Shown: positions 1 to 8,426, numbered from the stretch's first letter. The stretch is DNA of 29,366 nt from a virus (IMGVR_UViG_3300005611_001882:1-29366), one strand, 5' to 3'. Translations and numbers: made by a program. The notes: a model not told the origin generated them from the letters alone.

Positions 1-138
1 GATCTCCCGGATCGCACCCCCCTCGCCCGTTTCAGCGCGGCGCTTCCGCCAAAAGTAGCTCCAGCCTCGCCCGGGACTGTAGACGCGGGCGACAAGGGCG
101 ATTTCCTCTGTATTAGGCTCGTATTGCTCGATGATCAT
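1..138 (-). CDS. hypothetical protein, 3'-truncated by window edge (MIIEQYEPNTEEIALVARVYSPGRGWSYFWRKRR...)
   Basis: Hand translation. ATG at 138 overlaps the TGA of the upstream small gene (ATGA), GGAGG lies upstream, and the frame stays open to position 1. Confidence 0.55.
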   Translation of the reverse strand, partial: MIIEQYEPNTEEIALVARVYSPGRGWSYFWRKRRAETGEGGAIREI

Positions 139-236
139 TTGGCTTCATCCTCCGGGCGACACCCGATGTAGACGACGGCAAGGAACGCGAGGAGCAGCAG
201 CAGCTCCTCCGCGACGACGGATAAAAAGGCAATCAT
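135..236 (-). CDS. 33-aa putative single-pass membrane peptide (MIAFLSVVAEELLLLLAFLAVVYIGCRPEDEAK)
   Basis: Hand translation. ATGA overlaps at both ends and there is a hydrophobic core. Too short to appear in the ORF track. Confidence 0.5.
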   Translation of the reverse strand: MIAFLSVVAEELLLLLAFLAVVYIGCRPEDEAK

Positions 237-595
237 TTGACCGCCTCGCTAGGGCAAAAGATCACCGGGCCGTACAGCTCGCGCCCGGAAATGAGGCTTG
301 CCGTTACGTTGCGCGGCAACCCGTCGATCCTCCCGGTTTCGTTCACGACGGCGATCCAACTGCTGCCGGGGAGGTAGACGATCTCGACGTATCCCCCCAC
401 GTTGTCTTGCAGCTCCTGAAGCGAGAAGTCCGTTCCATTGTTGGGTGAGCGCCAAATAGGCCATGAATCGCCCAGGTCTCCAGCGAGAAAGAGTAGTCCT
501 GCCCGAGGGTTCCGAGCTGCCCCGGCGCGCCGCCGCGCGATCGCTCGGAATTCGGCGAAAATCTCATCATCGGTGCAGCAATCATCAGTTCTCAT
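233..595 (-). CDS. DUF3846-like phage protein
   Basis: SLQELQDNVGGYVEIV...VVNETGRIDGLPRN.TAS...LYGPVIF matches the DUF3846 pattern as I recall it. AGGAGG lies a few nt upstream of ATG 595. Confidence 0.75.
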   Translation of the reverse strand: MRTDDCCTDDEIFAEFRAIARRRAGAARNPRAGLLFLAGDLGDSWPIWRSPNNGTDFSLQELQDNVGGYVEIVYLPGSSWIAVVNETGRIDGLPRNVTASLISGRELYGPVIFCPSEAVK

Positions 596-809
596 TGCCA
601 CCCTCCTTCTTGTTGGTCGGCATCGACGGAGGCCGCACCAGCGGGTCCATCAGCCAATCCAGCTTCCACGCTGCTTCCTTGAGAATCTGCAACGCGCCGT
701 CGCGATGTCCGGATTCGAGGAGCATCGGCACGACCTGGCACAGGACCGTGTCCCATGTCGGAGCGAGGTTGATCGTGTTCTCGCCGTCACTTGCTTTGCT
801 TGCCTTCAT
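585..809 (-). CDS. hypothetical protein (74 aa, MKASKASDGENTINLAPTW...)
   Basis: C-terminal part of track ORF 585..1142. ATG 809 lies downstream of the predicted leftward promoter, and the gene overlaps the next gene's start. Confidence 0.5.
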   Translation of the reverse strand: MKASKASDGENTINLAPTWDTVLCQVVPMLLESGHRDGALQILKEAAWKLDWLMDPLVRPPSMPTNKKEGGNEN

Positions 810-862
810 TGTTCTATGTCTAGGGTTGGGGGGGCGTGGGCCCCCTTGTCGGTACAACAGCA

Positions 863-892
863 ACACTACACACCTTGTCGGCACAAGGTCAA
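863..892 (-). promoter_or_regulatory. putative sigma70-type leftward promoter (TTGACC-18 nt-TAGTGT) with an overlapping palindromic operator ACCTTGT-cggc-ACAAGGT (872..889)
   Basis: Lies in the gap between divergent gene sets. Near-consensus -35 and -10 elements and a perfect 7-bp inverted repeat. Confidence 0.5.
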
Positions 893-918
893 CGCCTGAA
901 CCGGGGAATCTCGAAAAA

Positions 919-1572
919 ATGGATGAGCTGGACGACCCTCTCGGCGATCTGAAGCGCGCCCTCGTGGATTGCATCGAGCGCGAGGGCTCCTGGGACTCGG
1001 AAGCCGCTCGCTTGGCCATCCCGCCGCACACCCTGCGCGAGTGGCAACGCACCGATGAGGCGTTCGCCGGAGCGGTCACACACGCAAGACCCGCCCGCCA
1101 GCGCCGCACCAGGGCCGCAGTCGAGCAGCGCCTCCTCTCCATCGTCCTGCACGGAGAGCAGCAGGTTCTGACCTACCAGGGGAAGGTCCAGTACCGCCCG
1201 CAGCGGGGTTCCGATGGGCAACCGCTTGTGGAGCAGGCGACCGACGCCAAAGGCACGCCGCTTACGCGGCTCGACAACCAGGGGAACCCTCACCCCATTA
1301 TGAGAGAGCGGTTGGAGCTAGACTCGTTTGGCATGCCGATCCCCGTCACGGTGCCACGCTACGCAGAGCGCACCACTCTAGAGCTTGCGCGGGCGCTCGG
1401 ACTACTTGAGCGGGTCGAGACAAACGAAGACGCGGGCCAGGAGGTCGTTGTCCTGCTAGACTCGGAAGGCGAGCAGCTATCATTTGCGGAGCTGCTGAAG
1501 AGGTCGATTACTGGAGCGCAAGACAATGAGCCAACAACGGTGCAAGAAGGGAAAGGGCAGGGGCAAGGGTAA
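919..1572 (+). CDS. terminase small subunit (putative)
   Basis: N-terminal HTH-like segment (EAARLAIPPHTLREWQRTDEAFAGAV), then VEQRL...GEQQVLTYQG...YAERTTLELA, typical of TerS. First gene of the late operon. ATG 919 is preferred over 463. Confidence 0.65.
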   Translation: MDELDDPLGDLKRALVDCIEREGSWDSEAARLAIPPHTLREWQRTDEAFAGAVTHARPARQRRTRAAVEQRLLSIVLHGEQQVLTYQGKVQYRPQRGSDGQPLVEQATDAKGTPLTRLDNQGNPHPIMRERLELDSFGMPIPVTVPRYAERTTLELARALGLLERVETNEDAGQEVVVLLDSEGEQLSFAELLKRSITGAQDNEPTTVQEGKGQGQG

Positions 1573-1581
1573 GGGCAAGAG
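1546..1581 (+). repeat. hexamer (NAAGGG-like) tandem / G-quadruplex-type motif spanning the TerS stop codon
   Basis: GAAGGG AAAGGG CAGGGG CAAGGG TAAGGG CAAGAG read directly. Confidence 0.6.
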
Positions 1582-2385
1582 ATGACCGCCGACATCCAGC
1601 TACACCTGACCGGGGTGCATGGAATCTTCCTCCACAGCCGATACGAAAAGCGCGGGGTCCGGTATCGCGAATACGAGGAGCAGCCGGACGGCACGCTGGC
1701 GGACATCGGTTCCGCCCTCCTGACGCAATACTCCCCCTCATGGACTCCCGCCGGAGAGGGCCTCGCGCTGGAGCTGCGAGACTTTGCCGGGCAAGGCTCG
1801 ACGCGACTCGCGGAGGGTCGCCCGGTCTTCGGGGGTGCGTTCGGCAGCTCAACACTCTCTGCCAGCGCACAGGTGCATGACGGAGATACCGTGACCATCG
1901 GGGAGCTGTCCAATTCAGCTCGCGTCTACACGTTTCGCGCAACGCCTGCCGTGGCAAATGATGTGCAGATCGGGCCGACCAAGGAGGACAGCCTCGCGAA
2001 CCTCGCCGCCGCCATCAACCTGACGGGGGACGCCGGACCTCAATGGTTCGCCGGGACAGAACGACATCGAGATGTGCATGCGATCCACTCCGGCGCCACG
2101 ATTCGGGTCTGGTCGAAGGACTGCGGGATGGTGGCGAACATGATCACCACTACCGAGAGCGCGGGATCTCGCCTGTCGTGGTCATCCGGGCAGCTCACGG
2201 GAGGCACCGGGCACCAGGGGGTCGATCTCGTGTGGCAAGCGGTCGATCTGACGGATATCGACATTCCGGCAGGCTCTCGAAGTCGCAGAGCCGTCTGGAG
2301 CCTCGTGGGGAAGCTCGCAGGGGGCGAGCCCGTCATGCTCTTCCGTGGCACCGCGACCATCTACGCGCAAGCGACCGTCCAATGA
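1582..2385 (+). CDS. putative virion structural/accessory protein (267 aa)
   Basis: G/T/S/A-rich. Contains the DGDTVTIG...YTF...VQIGPT...SLANLAAAINL module, part of which recurs in the tail protein at 15371..15430. Confidence 0.6.
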   Translation: MTADIQLHLTGVHGIFLHSRYEKRGVRYREYEEQPDGTLADIGSALLTQYSPSWTPAGEGLALELRDFAGQGSTRLAEGRPVFGGAFGSSTLSASAQVHDGDTVTIGELSNSARVYTFRATPAVANDVQIGPTKEDSLANLAAAINLTGDAGPQWFAGTERHRDVHAIHSGATIRVWSKDCGMVANMITTTESAGSRLSWSSGQLTGGTGHQGVDLVWQAVDLTDIDIPAGSRSRRAVWSLVGKLAGGEPVMLFRGTATIYAQATVQ

Positions 2386-3914
2386 GTCTCTCTGGAGGTC
2401 GTGTAGCGGACGAGGAGCTGCGATCCGGCGTCACGGGGTCTCGGCGTGAGCCGACAGGTCGCCCGAACGTGCTCTTCGTCCTAGCCGACGACGTTGGGGT
2501 GGATCAGCTCGCGTGCTACGACGACTGCAATGACTGGGTTGGCTACGTCTACACGAACACCCCTACGATCAACGCGCTCGCGGCGGCGGGGATGCGCTTC
2601 CGCCGAGCTGTAGCTGCTCCGATCTGCTCGCCAGCACGCGCCCTCGCTCTCACAGGTCGCTTGCCCTCCAAGACGGGGATCAGCGCCGTCATCAACACCG
2701 GAAGCGCCACGAAGCTCGGCGTCGAAGAGCAAACCTTCTGGGACTTGATCGAGACGGCCCGACCGACCAACCTCCGCAAGGCGCACTATGGCAAGTGGCA
2801 CCTAGCGGCGGGGGAGGCGGACTATGCATCTGTGATCCCACAGGGCGGCTTCGACGACTACATCGGTTGCCCGACGAACCCCCAGAACGACAGCTCGACA
2901 GGGTATGGAGGCACATCGGTTGGAACGGGCGTGCTCGCGGGGACGGCGGGGAGCTGGATGGAGACGGATAACGGAGCAGCTCTGACCGTCGAGAATGGCT
3001 ACATCACGACCGAGGAGGCCGACGACGTTGTGAACATCGTGGGAGTTTCACCGACGAAGGGGACGCCGCCTTGGCTCGTCTCCTGGTGGGCGCACTCGAC
3101 CCACGTTCCGTTCCATTGGGCTCCGACTACCTTGCACTCGTATGGTGCAGCTCCAACGTGGACCGACATCGGCGCTTTGGGGGCACACCAAACGATGCTC
3201 GAAGCCTTCGACACAGAGCTTGGGCGGGTGCTTGAGGCGATCTGGGACACCAACACCTTCGTCATCTTCGCGGCGGACAACGGATCGGTGCAGTTCCTCG
3301 TAGACACGACGGCGGGCATCCACGATCCGGGCGGAACGGGGCAACCGATCCCTCCTGCGTCGAGCTACGACGTAGAGCACTTCAAGGCGACCTCGTATTG
3401 GCAGGGCGTGAACGTCCCGCTCATCGTCAAGGGTCCAGGGATTCAGCCCGGATCGGTCTGCGACTCTCTCGTGAGCATCGGGGACATCTTTGCGACGATC
3501 TCCGAGCTGGTTGTCGGGCCGAATTGGGAGGAGCACAAGGTAGCGGACGATGTGGTCTCGCGCTCCATTGTGCGATGCTTCAACAACCCCGCCTACAAGC
3601 CGCACCAGGGCGAGCACGTTTGGGCGGGTTCGTGGTATGAGCCTGGCATGCCGCTGAGTTCTGAGAGCATCTATCAGCTCTGGGGCTCTGTCCAACACGG
3701 CGATCACGGGTTCCGCTTGGTGATTTCCAAGGGGTCTGCTTCCTCTCCCATTGTGCAGGAATGGTTTGAGTGGGGAGTGGACCCCTCTTCTCCCGTGGAT
3801 CAACACGAGCAGTCGCCGCTCGACCCGGCATCCGTCGAGCCGGAGAAGTATCGAGCTGCACTAGCCTTCCTTGAAGCGGAGTTTGGGCTCAAGCTCCCTG
3901 ACCTTTCTGTCTGA
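2382..3914 (+). CDS. arylsulfatase-family (S1, formylglycine-dependent) sulfatase-like hydrolase, 510 aa
   Basis: PNVLFVLADDVG, CSPARALALTGR (CxPxR, Cys codon 2625), YGKWHL, HSTHVPFH, FAADNG, VNVPLIVKGPGI, LVSIGDIFATI. The start at 2382 overlaps the upstream stop (ATGA). Confidence 0.9.
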   Translation: MSLSGGRVADEELRSGVTGSRREPTGRPNVLFVLADDVGVDQLACYDDCNDWVGYVYTNTPTINALAAAGMRFRRAVAAPICSPARALALTGRLPSKTGISAVINTGSATKLGVEEQTFWDLIETARPTNLRKAHYGKWHLAAGEADYASVIPQGGFDDYIGCPTNPQNDSSTGYGGTSVGTGVLAGTAGSWMETDNGAALTVENGYITTEEADDVVNIVGVSPTKGTPPWLVSWWAHSTHVPFHWAPTTLHSYGAAPTWTDIGALGAHQTMLEAFDTELGRVLEAIWDTNTFVIFAADNGSVQFLVDTTAGIHDPGGTGQPIPPASSYDVEHFKATSYWQGVNVPLIVKGPGIQPGSVCDSLVSIGDIFATISELVVGPNWEEHKVADDVVSRSIVRCFNNPAYKPHQGEHVWAGSWYEPGMPLSSESIYQLWGSVQHGDHGFRLVISKGSASSPIVQEWFEWGVDPSSPVDQHEQSPLDPASVEPEKYRAALAFLEAEFGLKLPDLSV

Positions 3915-3916
3915 CC

Positions 3917-4393
3917 ATGACGAGCGTAAACCGCACCCACAAGAACTTCGCGAAGCAGCTCTTGGACATCCTGACTTTGGGCGGCTCTGCCATTGTTGGC
4001 GGCACCGTGAAGGCGACGATCCTTGACGACACCACGACGGTAGACACCGAATGGGACTTGCAGGGGTACACCACCGGGCTGAACGACTTCACGACGCTTG
4101 GAGAGCTGTCGGACGCTTCGGCAAAGCGGCAGACCTTGGGCTCTCTTGCGACAAGCCTGAGTGGCACCACGGCCCGATGGGACTTTGGCGATCCGACATG
4201 GCCAGCTCTTGGCTCGACAAGTCCGAATGCTGCCGAACACATCCTGATCTACGTTGAGGAGAGCGGTGCAGGAACATTCCCGGCGGATTGTTGGCCCGTG
4301 GCGCTCTGCGATGCTTCGTTCCTCCGCGACGGCACCGACTTCACGGCGGTTGTACCGACCAACGGACTGATTGTGATGGAGACGAGCCCCTGA
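3917..4393 (+). CDS. putative minor virion/tail-associated protein (158 aa)
   Basis: TVKATIL...RQTL...ARWDFGDPTW...ILIY...PVAL.D...GTDFT...NGLI resembles a widespread ~140-aa beta-rich phage structural family. Tightly packed in the operon. Confidence 0.55.
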   Translation: MTSVNRTHKNFAKQLLDILTLGGSAIVGGTVKATILDDTTTVDTEWDLQGYTTGLNDFTTLGELSDASAKRQTLGSLATSLSGTTARWDFGDPTWPALGSTSPNAAEHILIYVEESGAGTFPADCWPVALCDASFLRDGTDFTAVVPTNGLIVMETSP

Positions 4394-5028
4394 TGCCGTC
4401 GATCAACCTGCCCGAACTAGAGCTGAACATCTTTTCGTCTTCGGTGGGGGTGACGTTGGCGTCCTACGCGGCCAGGGCGATTACGTTGCCTGAGCTTCGA
4501 GCTCGACTCGTGCTTGGTGGGCTACAGCAGAAGTTCAGCGAGCGGTTTTCCCCGGCATGGCAGACGACGGCCCCGATGTTTGTAGGGCAGCTCTCTGCGG
4601 ACGGCCACTACTACTACCCCAAGGGGCTGATGCCCGGAACGATGCAGCGGATCAAGGTACGAGAAGGAACGTCGGTGACTCGCCGTGGTCGATTTGTTGC
4701 GGAGGATGGGACGCTGATCCTTTTGGCGAACGCGAGGGCGCTGACCTATCGCCTCTTCCGAGTGACGGGTTCGACCGCCGAGGAGCTAGAGAGCGAGTCG
4801 CTATCGCCTTCTCTCGTCATGTACAACGAGCTGCACAAGACTGCCGGGTGGAGGAAGGACGCGACCGGGTTCACGTTCGAGCACACGGTAGACGGCGCTC
4901 GACTGGTTGACGGCGGGCACATCTACCGGGTGGAGTACGTCCTAGAGACCGACTCTGGCGAGCTTCTTTCGGACGCATTCGAAGTGGAGATGAGCGGCTT
5001 GTATACGCCCCCCTATGAGTTGGCCTAG
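4393..5028 (+). CDS. hypothetical protein, possibly virion-associated (211 aa, MPSINLPELEL...)
   Basis: TGATG coupling with the upstream gene. Beta-rich C-terminus (FTFEHTV...YRVEYVL). Abuts the TerL start. Confidence 0.6.
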   Translation: MPSINLPELELNIFSSSVGVTLASYAARAITLPELRARLVLGGLQQKFSERFSPAWQTTAPMFVGQLSADGHYYYPKGLMPGTMQRIKVREGTSVTRRGRFVAEDGTLILLANARALTYRLFRVTGSTAEELESESLSPSLVMYNELHKTAGWRKDATGFTFEHTVDGARLVDGGHIYRVEYVLETDSGELLSDAFEVEMSGLYTPPYELA

Positions 5029-6522
5029 ATGAGCCGATTTGCGAGCAACATCAGCTTCCGTGCCCACGGCGCAAGCTCTGATTTGGTCGTGGCTCCAGAG
5101 CGCGAGGTTCTCTTCGAGGGTCCGGCCAACACGGGGAAAACCCGCACCGTGCTTGAGAAGTGCAAGATGGTGATGGAGGACCGAAGCTTGCGCGGGGTCC
5201 GGCAGCTCTGGGTTCGCAAGACGCGGAAGAGCCTGACCCAATCCGTCTTGGTCGAGTGGGAACAGAATGTGATTCCGAGGGGCCATCCGTGCAAGGTCGG
5301 CAACGCGCACCGGGGGAACCGGGACTACTACTACAACCCGGCTACAGAGTGCGAGATCGTGCTTGGCGGGATGGACAACCCCGACAGGATCATGTCCACG
5401 CAATACGATCTGATTGCCTTCTTCGAGGCGACCGAGGGCGAGCTGCGGGATTGGGAGCAGCTCTCGACTCGTGCCCGAAACAAGAAGATCCGAGTGGGCA
5501 CGAAGAGGAATGGGAACCCCCTCTTTTGGCACCAGATGATCGCAGACTGCAACCCTGGGGCCGAGTTCCATTGGCTGAACCAGCGGGCATTGGCGGGGAA
5601 GATGCGGAGGATCAAGGCTCGCCACAAGGACAACCCGATCTTCGACGAGGAGGACCAAGCTGCCCTAGATGCGCTTTCAGGTAGCCGTCGTGCTCGACTT
5701 CGTGACGGCCTTTGGGTCTCGGAAGAAGGGCAGATTTGGGACTGTTGGGAGCCGTCCAAGATGATGGTCTACAGAGATGACTTCCTGTGGAACCAGAACG
5801 ACAGGAGCGAGGGCTACCGCTTCGACTGGCTGTTTGGCTCGATGGACTTCGGGCGGCGGCACGCGGGCGTCTTCCAGGTGTGGGGCGTGCTTGGTAGTCA
5901 GATGGTGATGGTTGCCGAGGTCTACAAGCGCGAGCGCAGCATCATGTGGTGGGCGGACGCGATTGAGCGGCAGCTCGACAGGTGGGATCTGGAGCGCATC
6001 GTGGCTGACTCCGAAGACCTAACGGCGATTGAGTACCTGAACGACCGCCTGGGCAGTCTTGGTGGCAAGGAAGAAGACCCACTCGTGGTCGGCACCAAGA
6101 AGGGAGCTGGAAGTCGGAAGCAGGGCTTCGAGCAAGTGTACGACTCGATGCTCGCTGGCCGGATTTTGATCTGCCACGACGCGCTCGAAGAGGGTCCGTG
6201 CGAGGTCTCGCGCCGTGGCTACCTACCTACCTGCACAGCAGAAGAGATTCCGTCATTCCGCTGGAAGCCTGTGAAGGATGGTCAGCGCATGAAGGAGGAC
6301 TCCGACCCTTCCTGCACCGATGATGGCTGCTTTGCCATGATCTACGCGGATCGGTGGAGGTGGGGGAAGGACTTCACAGACACCAGAGCGATCAAGTTTG
6401 TGCCCGGGAGCATGGGCGACATCATGGATCACGAGCGGGTTCTTGAAGAAGAGGCTGCCCGTCTTGAGTTTTCCGACGAGCTGTTGATCCCGGAATACGA
6501 CCAATTTGGAAACTTCCAATGA
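5029..6522 (+). CDS. terL: terminase large subunit (PBSX/Terminase_3-like)
   Basis: Walker A FEGPANTGKT, WVRKTRKSL, LGGMDNPDRIMSTQYD, Walker B-like IAFFEATE, coupling motif MIADCNP, nuclease GSMDFG and IVADSED. Confidence 0.92.
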   Translation: MSRFASNISFRAHGASSDLVVAPEREVLFEGPANTGKTRTVLEKCKMVMEDRSLRGVRQLWVRKTRKSLTQSVLVEWEQNVIPRGHPCKVGNAHRGNRDYYYNPATECEIVLGGMDNPDRIMSTQYDLIAFFEATEGELRDWEQLSTRARNKKIRVGTKRNGNPLFWHQMIADCNPGAEFHWLNQRALAGKMRRIKARHKDNPIFDEEDQAALDALSGSRRARLRDGLWVSEEGQIWDCWEPSKMMVYRDDFLWNQNDRSEGYRFDWLFGSMDFGRRHAGVFQVWGVLGSQMVMVAEVYKRERSIMWWADAIERQLDRWDLERIVADSEDLTAIEYLNDRLGSLGGKEEDPLVVGTKKGAGSRKQGFEQVYDSMLAGRILICHDALEEGPCEVSRRGYLPTCTAEEIPSFRWKPVKDGQRMKEDSDPSCTDDGCFAMIYADRWRWGKDFTDTRAIKFVPGSMGDIMDHERVLEEEAARLEFSDELLIPEYDQFGNFQ

Positions 6523-8426
6523 AAGCACCTAACAAAGAGCGCGATTGGCCGCTTGTCCTGAATCGGGACGAGCAATACATGGACTCCCACCTCTTCTCTC
6601 TGGAGAAGATGGTGCAAGCTGCTGGAGGGCCTCATTACGAGCGCAATGCCGGACCTTCGGCATACACTCCTGAGAACCACTACCACAGCTACACGAGCCT
6701 CGTCGTTCCGCGTCTATTTGACGACCTTCCGAGGGTGAAGTGCGTCACGCGCCGCCCTGGTACTCAAATGGAGGCTGCTGAAGCGATTCGGCACGGCCTG
6801 AACCGATGGGTACGCGACTCGAACTTTCGAGAGGCTACCGAGGAGCTGGCCTACGACTTCTGCTACACATGGTCTTTCGCCATGATCCGGCAAGTCCCAA
6901 ACCGCCACATGGGAAGGACGACTGAGCGGACGCTTTGGGACGACGAGGGCAACCTTCGCATCCAAAACGACGCGAGCCTTTGGCCTGCTCTCTACCGGAT
7001 TCCGCAGAGGCAGGCGATCATCGACTCTAGGGCTCTGACTACCGGGCTTGCGGAGTACATGGGCCACATCTGGTACGCGGAAGCGAAGGGGCTCCAGGCA
7101 GAAGCTGAGCGCGGAGGGGAAGAGCGCGGTTGGGATCTTCAGGCGCTCAAGGATATTGTTCAAAGCTCTGCCCCTACGGGTGGTGCTGTGGAGAGATCGG
7201 ACCCCAACCGAGAGTCATCCCAGCTAGCTAGCGACAACCCGGAGCTGGAGATGGTGACGCTCTGGGTGCCTGGAATGCAGGTAGACGAGAAGAACACGCC
7301 GGACGAAGGCTACAACGGTGGCCTTCTGACGCTGGCTAGGGCTCAGGGGTCCAAAGAGAACAAGTTCAAGCCTGTCCGATCCGAGGACTACTACGGCCCA
7401 AAAACAGGCCCTTACGTTCTTTTCGGCGCGTACAAGCTCCCCAATCGGCTTCTCCCCCTTTCTCCTCTGATCGCCGTTGAGGGACAGATCAGGGAGCTGA
7501 ACCGACAAGCGCGAGCCCTATCGAGGTCTTCAGAGCGGCACAAGCGGGTCATTCTCTTCGACGAGCGGGATAAGAAGACCGCCATGAAGCTGAAATCCGC
7601 CCAGCACGACTTCTTTGTGGGCATCCCCGGCTTCGAGTCCACGAAGTACGCTGAGGCCGAGATTGGTGGAGCTACAGACGCCCAATATCGAGCGGTCGCC
7701 TACCACCAAGACCGCCTGAATCGCGTTTCGGCAATGGACGAAGCGCAGCAGGGTAGCGTTGAGGGTGTTGGCACGGCGACCGAGAACCAGATCGCTGCCA
7801 CCGCCGTCGAGACCCGGCAGAAGTTCCTTCGGAAGCAATTTGCCAACGGCATCACGAAAGCCCTGATGAAGGTAGCGTGGTATCTGTACCACGATGATCG
7901 CGTGGTCTTCCCACTTGGCGAAGAGGCGGCAGAGGACTTCGGCATGATCGAGCCCTGGTTCCACGGCGGTCTGCACGACCAGGGCAGCGACGCGACCTTT
8001 GACGACCTAGAGCTGGAGATCGAGGCGTTCTCTATGCAGCGGAGTGATGAGGCCACGGTGAAGGCCCAAGCCCAGGAGGGGATCAACTACATCCTTTCTA
8101 CCGCACAAATGCGTTCACAGATGCCCTATATTGATTGGGACAAGGTGGACGAGCTGGCCGGGCAAGTTTACGGACTGCCTGATCTATCGGGCTTGATCGA
8201 CAACGAGGCTGCAATGCAGATGGCCCCCTTCCAAGAGGGTTCGATGGCTGAGCAGCCCCGACTTCAGCGAGATGTTGGCTCTTCCAAGCAATATGGAATG
8301 AGCTTCAGACCCTCTTCGCGCACCGCCCCTGCTAGTCTTGGGCAGGAAATGCGCTCTCTCCCTGGTGGCAACGCAGGCGTCACCCCTGGAGCTAGTCCCT
8401 TCCAGCTTGCGAAAGGTGGAATGTGA
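6519..8426 (+). CDS. portal protein (P22-like/podoviral)
   Basis: 635 aa directly after TerL with an ATGA overlap. Helical stretches QIRELNRQARAL and TATENQIA are typical of podoviral portals. Confidence 0.8.
   Translation: MKAPNKERDWPLVLNRDEQYMDSHLFSLEKMVQAAGGPHYERNAGPSAYTPENHYHSYTSLVVPRLFDDLPRVKCVTRRPGTQMEAAEAIRHGLNRWVRDSNFREATEELAYDFCYTWSFAMIRQVPNRHMGRTTERTLWDDEGNLRIQNDASLWPALYRIPQRQAIIDSRALTTGLAEYMGHIWYAEAKGLQAEAERGGEERGWDLQALKDIVQSSAPTGGAVERSDPNRESSQLASDNPELEMVTLWVPGMQVDEKNTPDEGYNGGLLTLARAQGSKENKFKPVRSEDYYGPKTGPYVLFGAYKLPNRLLPLSPLIAVEGQIRELNRQARALSRSSERHKRVILFDERDKKTAMKLKSAQHDFFVGIPGFESTKYAEAEIGGATDAQYRAVAYHQDRLNRVSAMDEAQQGSVEGVGTATENQIAATAVETRQKFLRKQFANGITKALMKVAWYLYHDDRVVFPLGEEAAEDFGMIEPWFHGGLHDQGSDATFDDLELEIEAFSMQRSDEATVKAQAQEGINYILSTAQMRSQMPYIDWDKVDELAGQVYGLPDLSGLIDNEAAMQMAPFQEGSMAEQPRLQRDVGSSKQYGMSFRPSSRTAPASLGQEMRSLPGGNAGVTPGASPFQLAKGGM

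Noticed and set aside
463-918. N-terminal extension of the 369-aa ORF
   Set aside because: It overlaps better-supported minus-strand genes and the promoter region. TerS-like sequence starts at ATG 919.
2043-2381. N-terminal 113 aa of the 623-aa sulfatase ORF
   Set aside because: Arg-rich off-frame read of gene 1582..2385. The ATGA-coupled start at 2382 fits better.
5026-5031. TAG immediately followed by in-frame ATG of terL (possible readthrough or stop recoding)
   Set aside because: Genes are not fragmented by TAG elsewhere, and TAG ends several normal genes. Simple abutting genes are enough to explain it.
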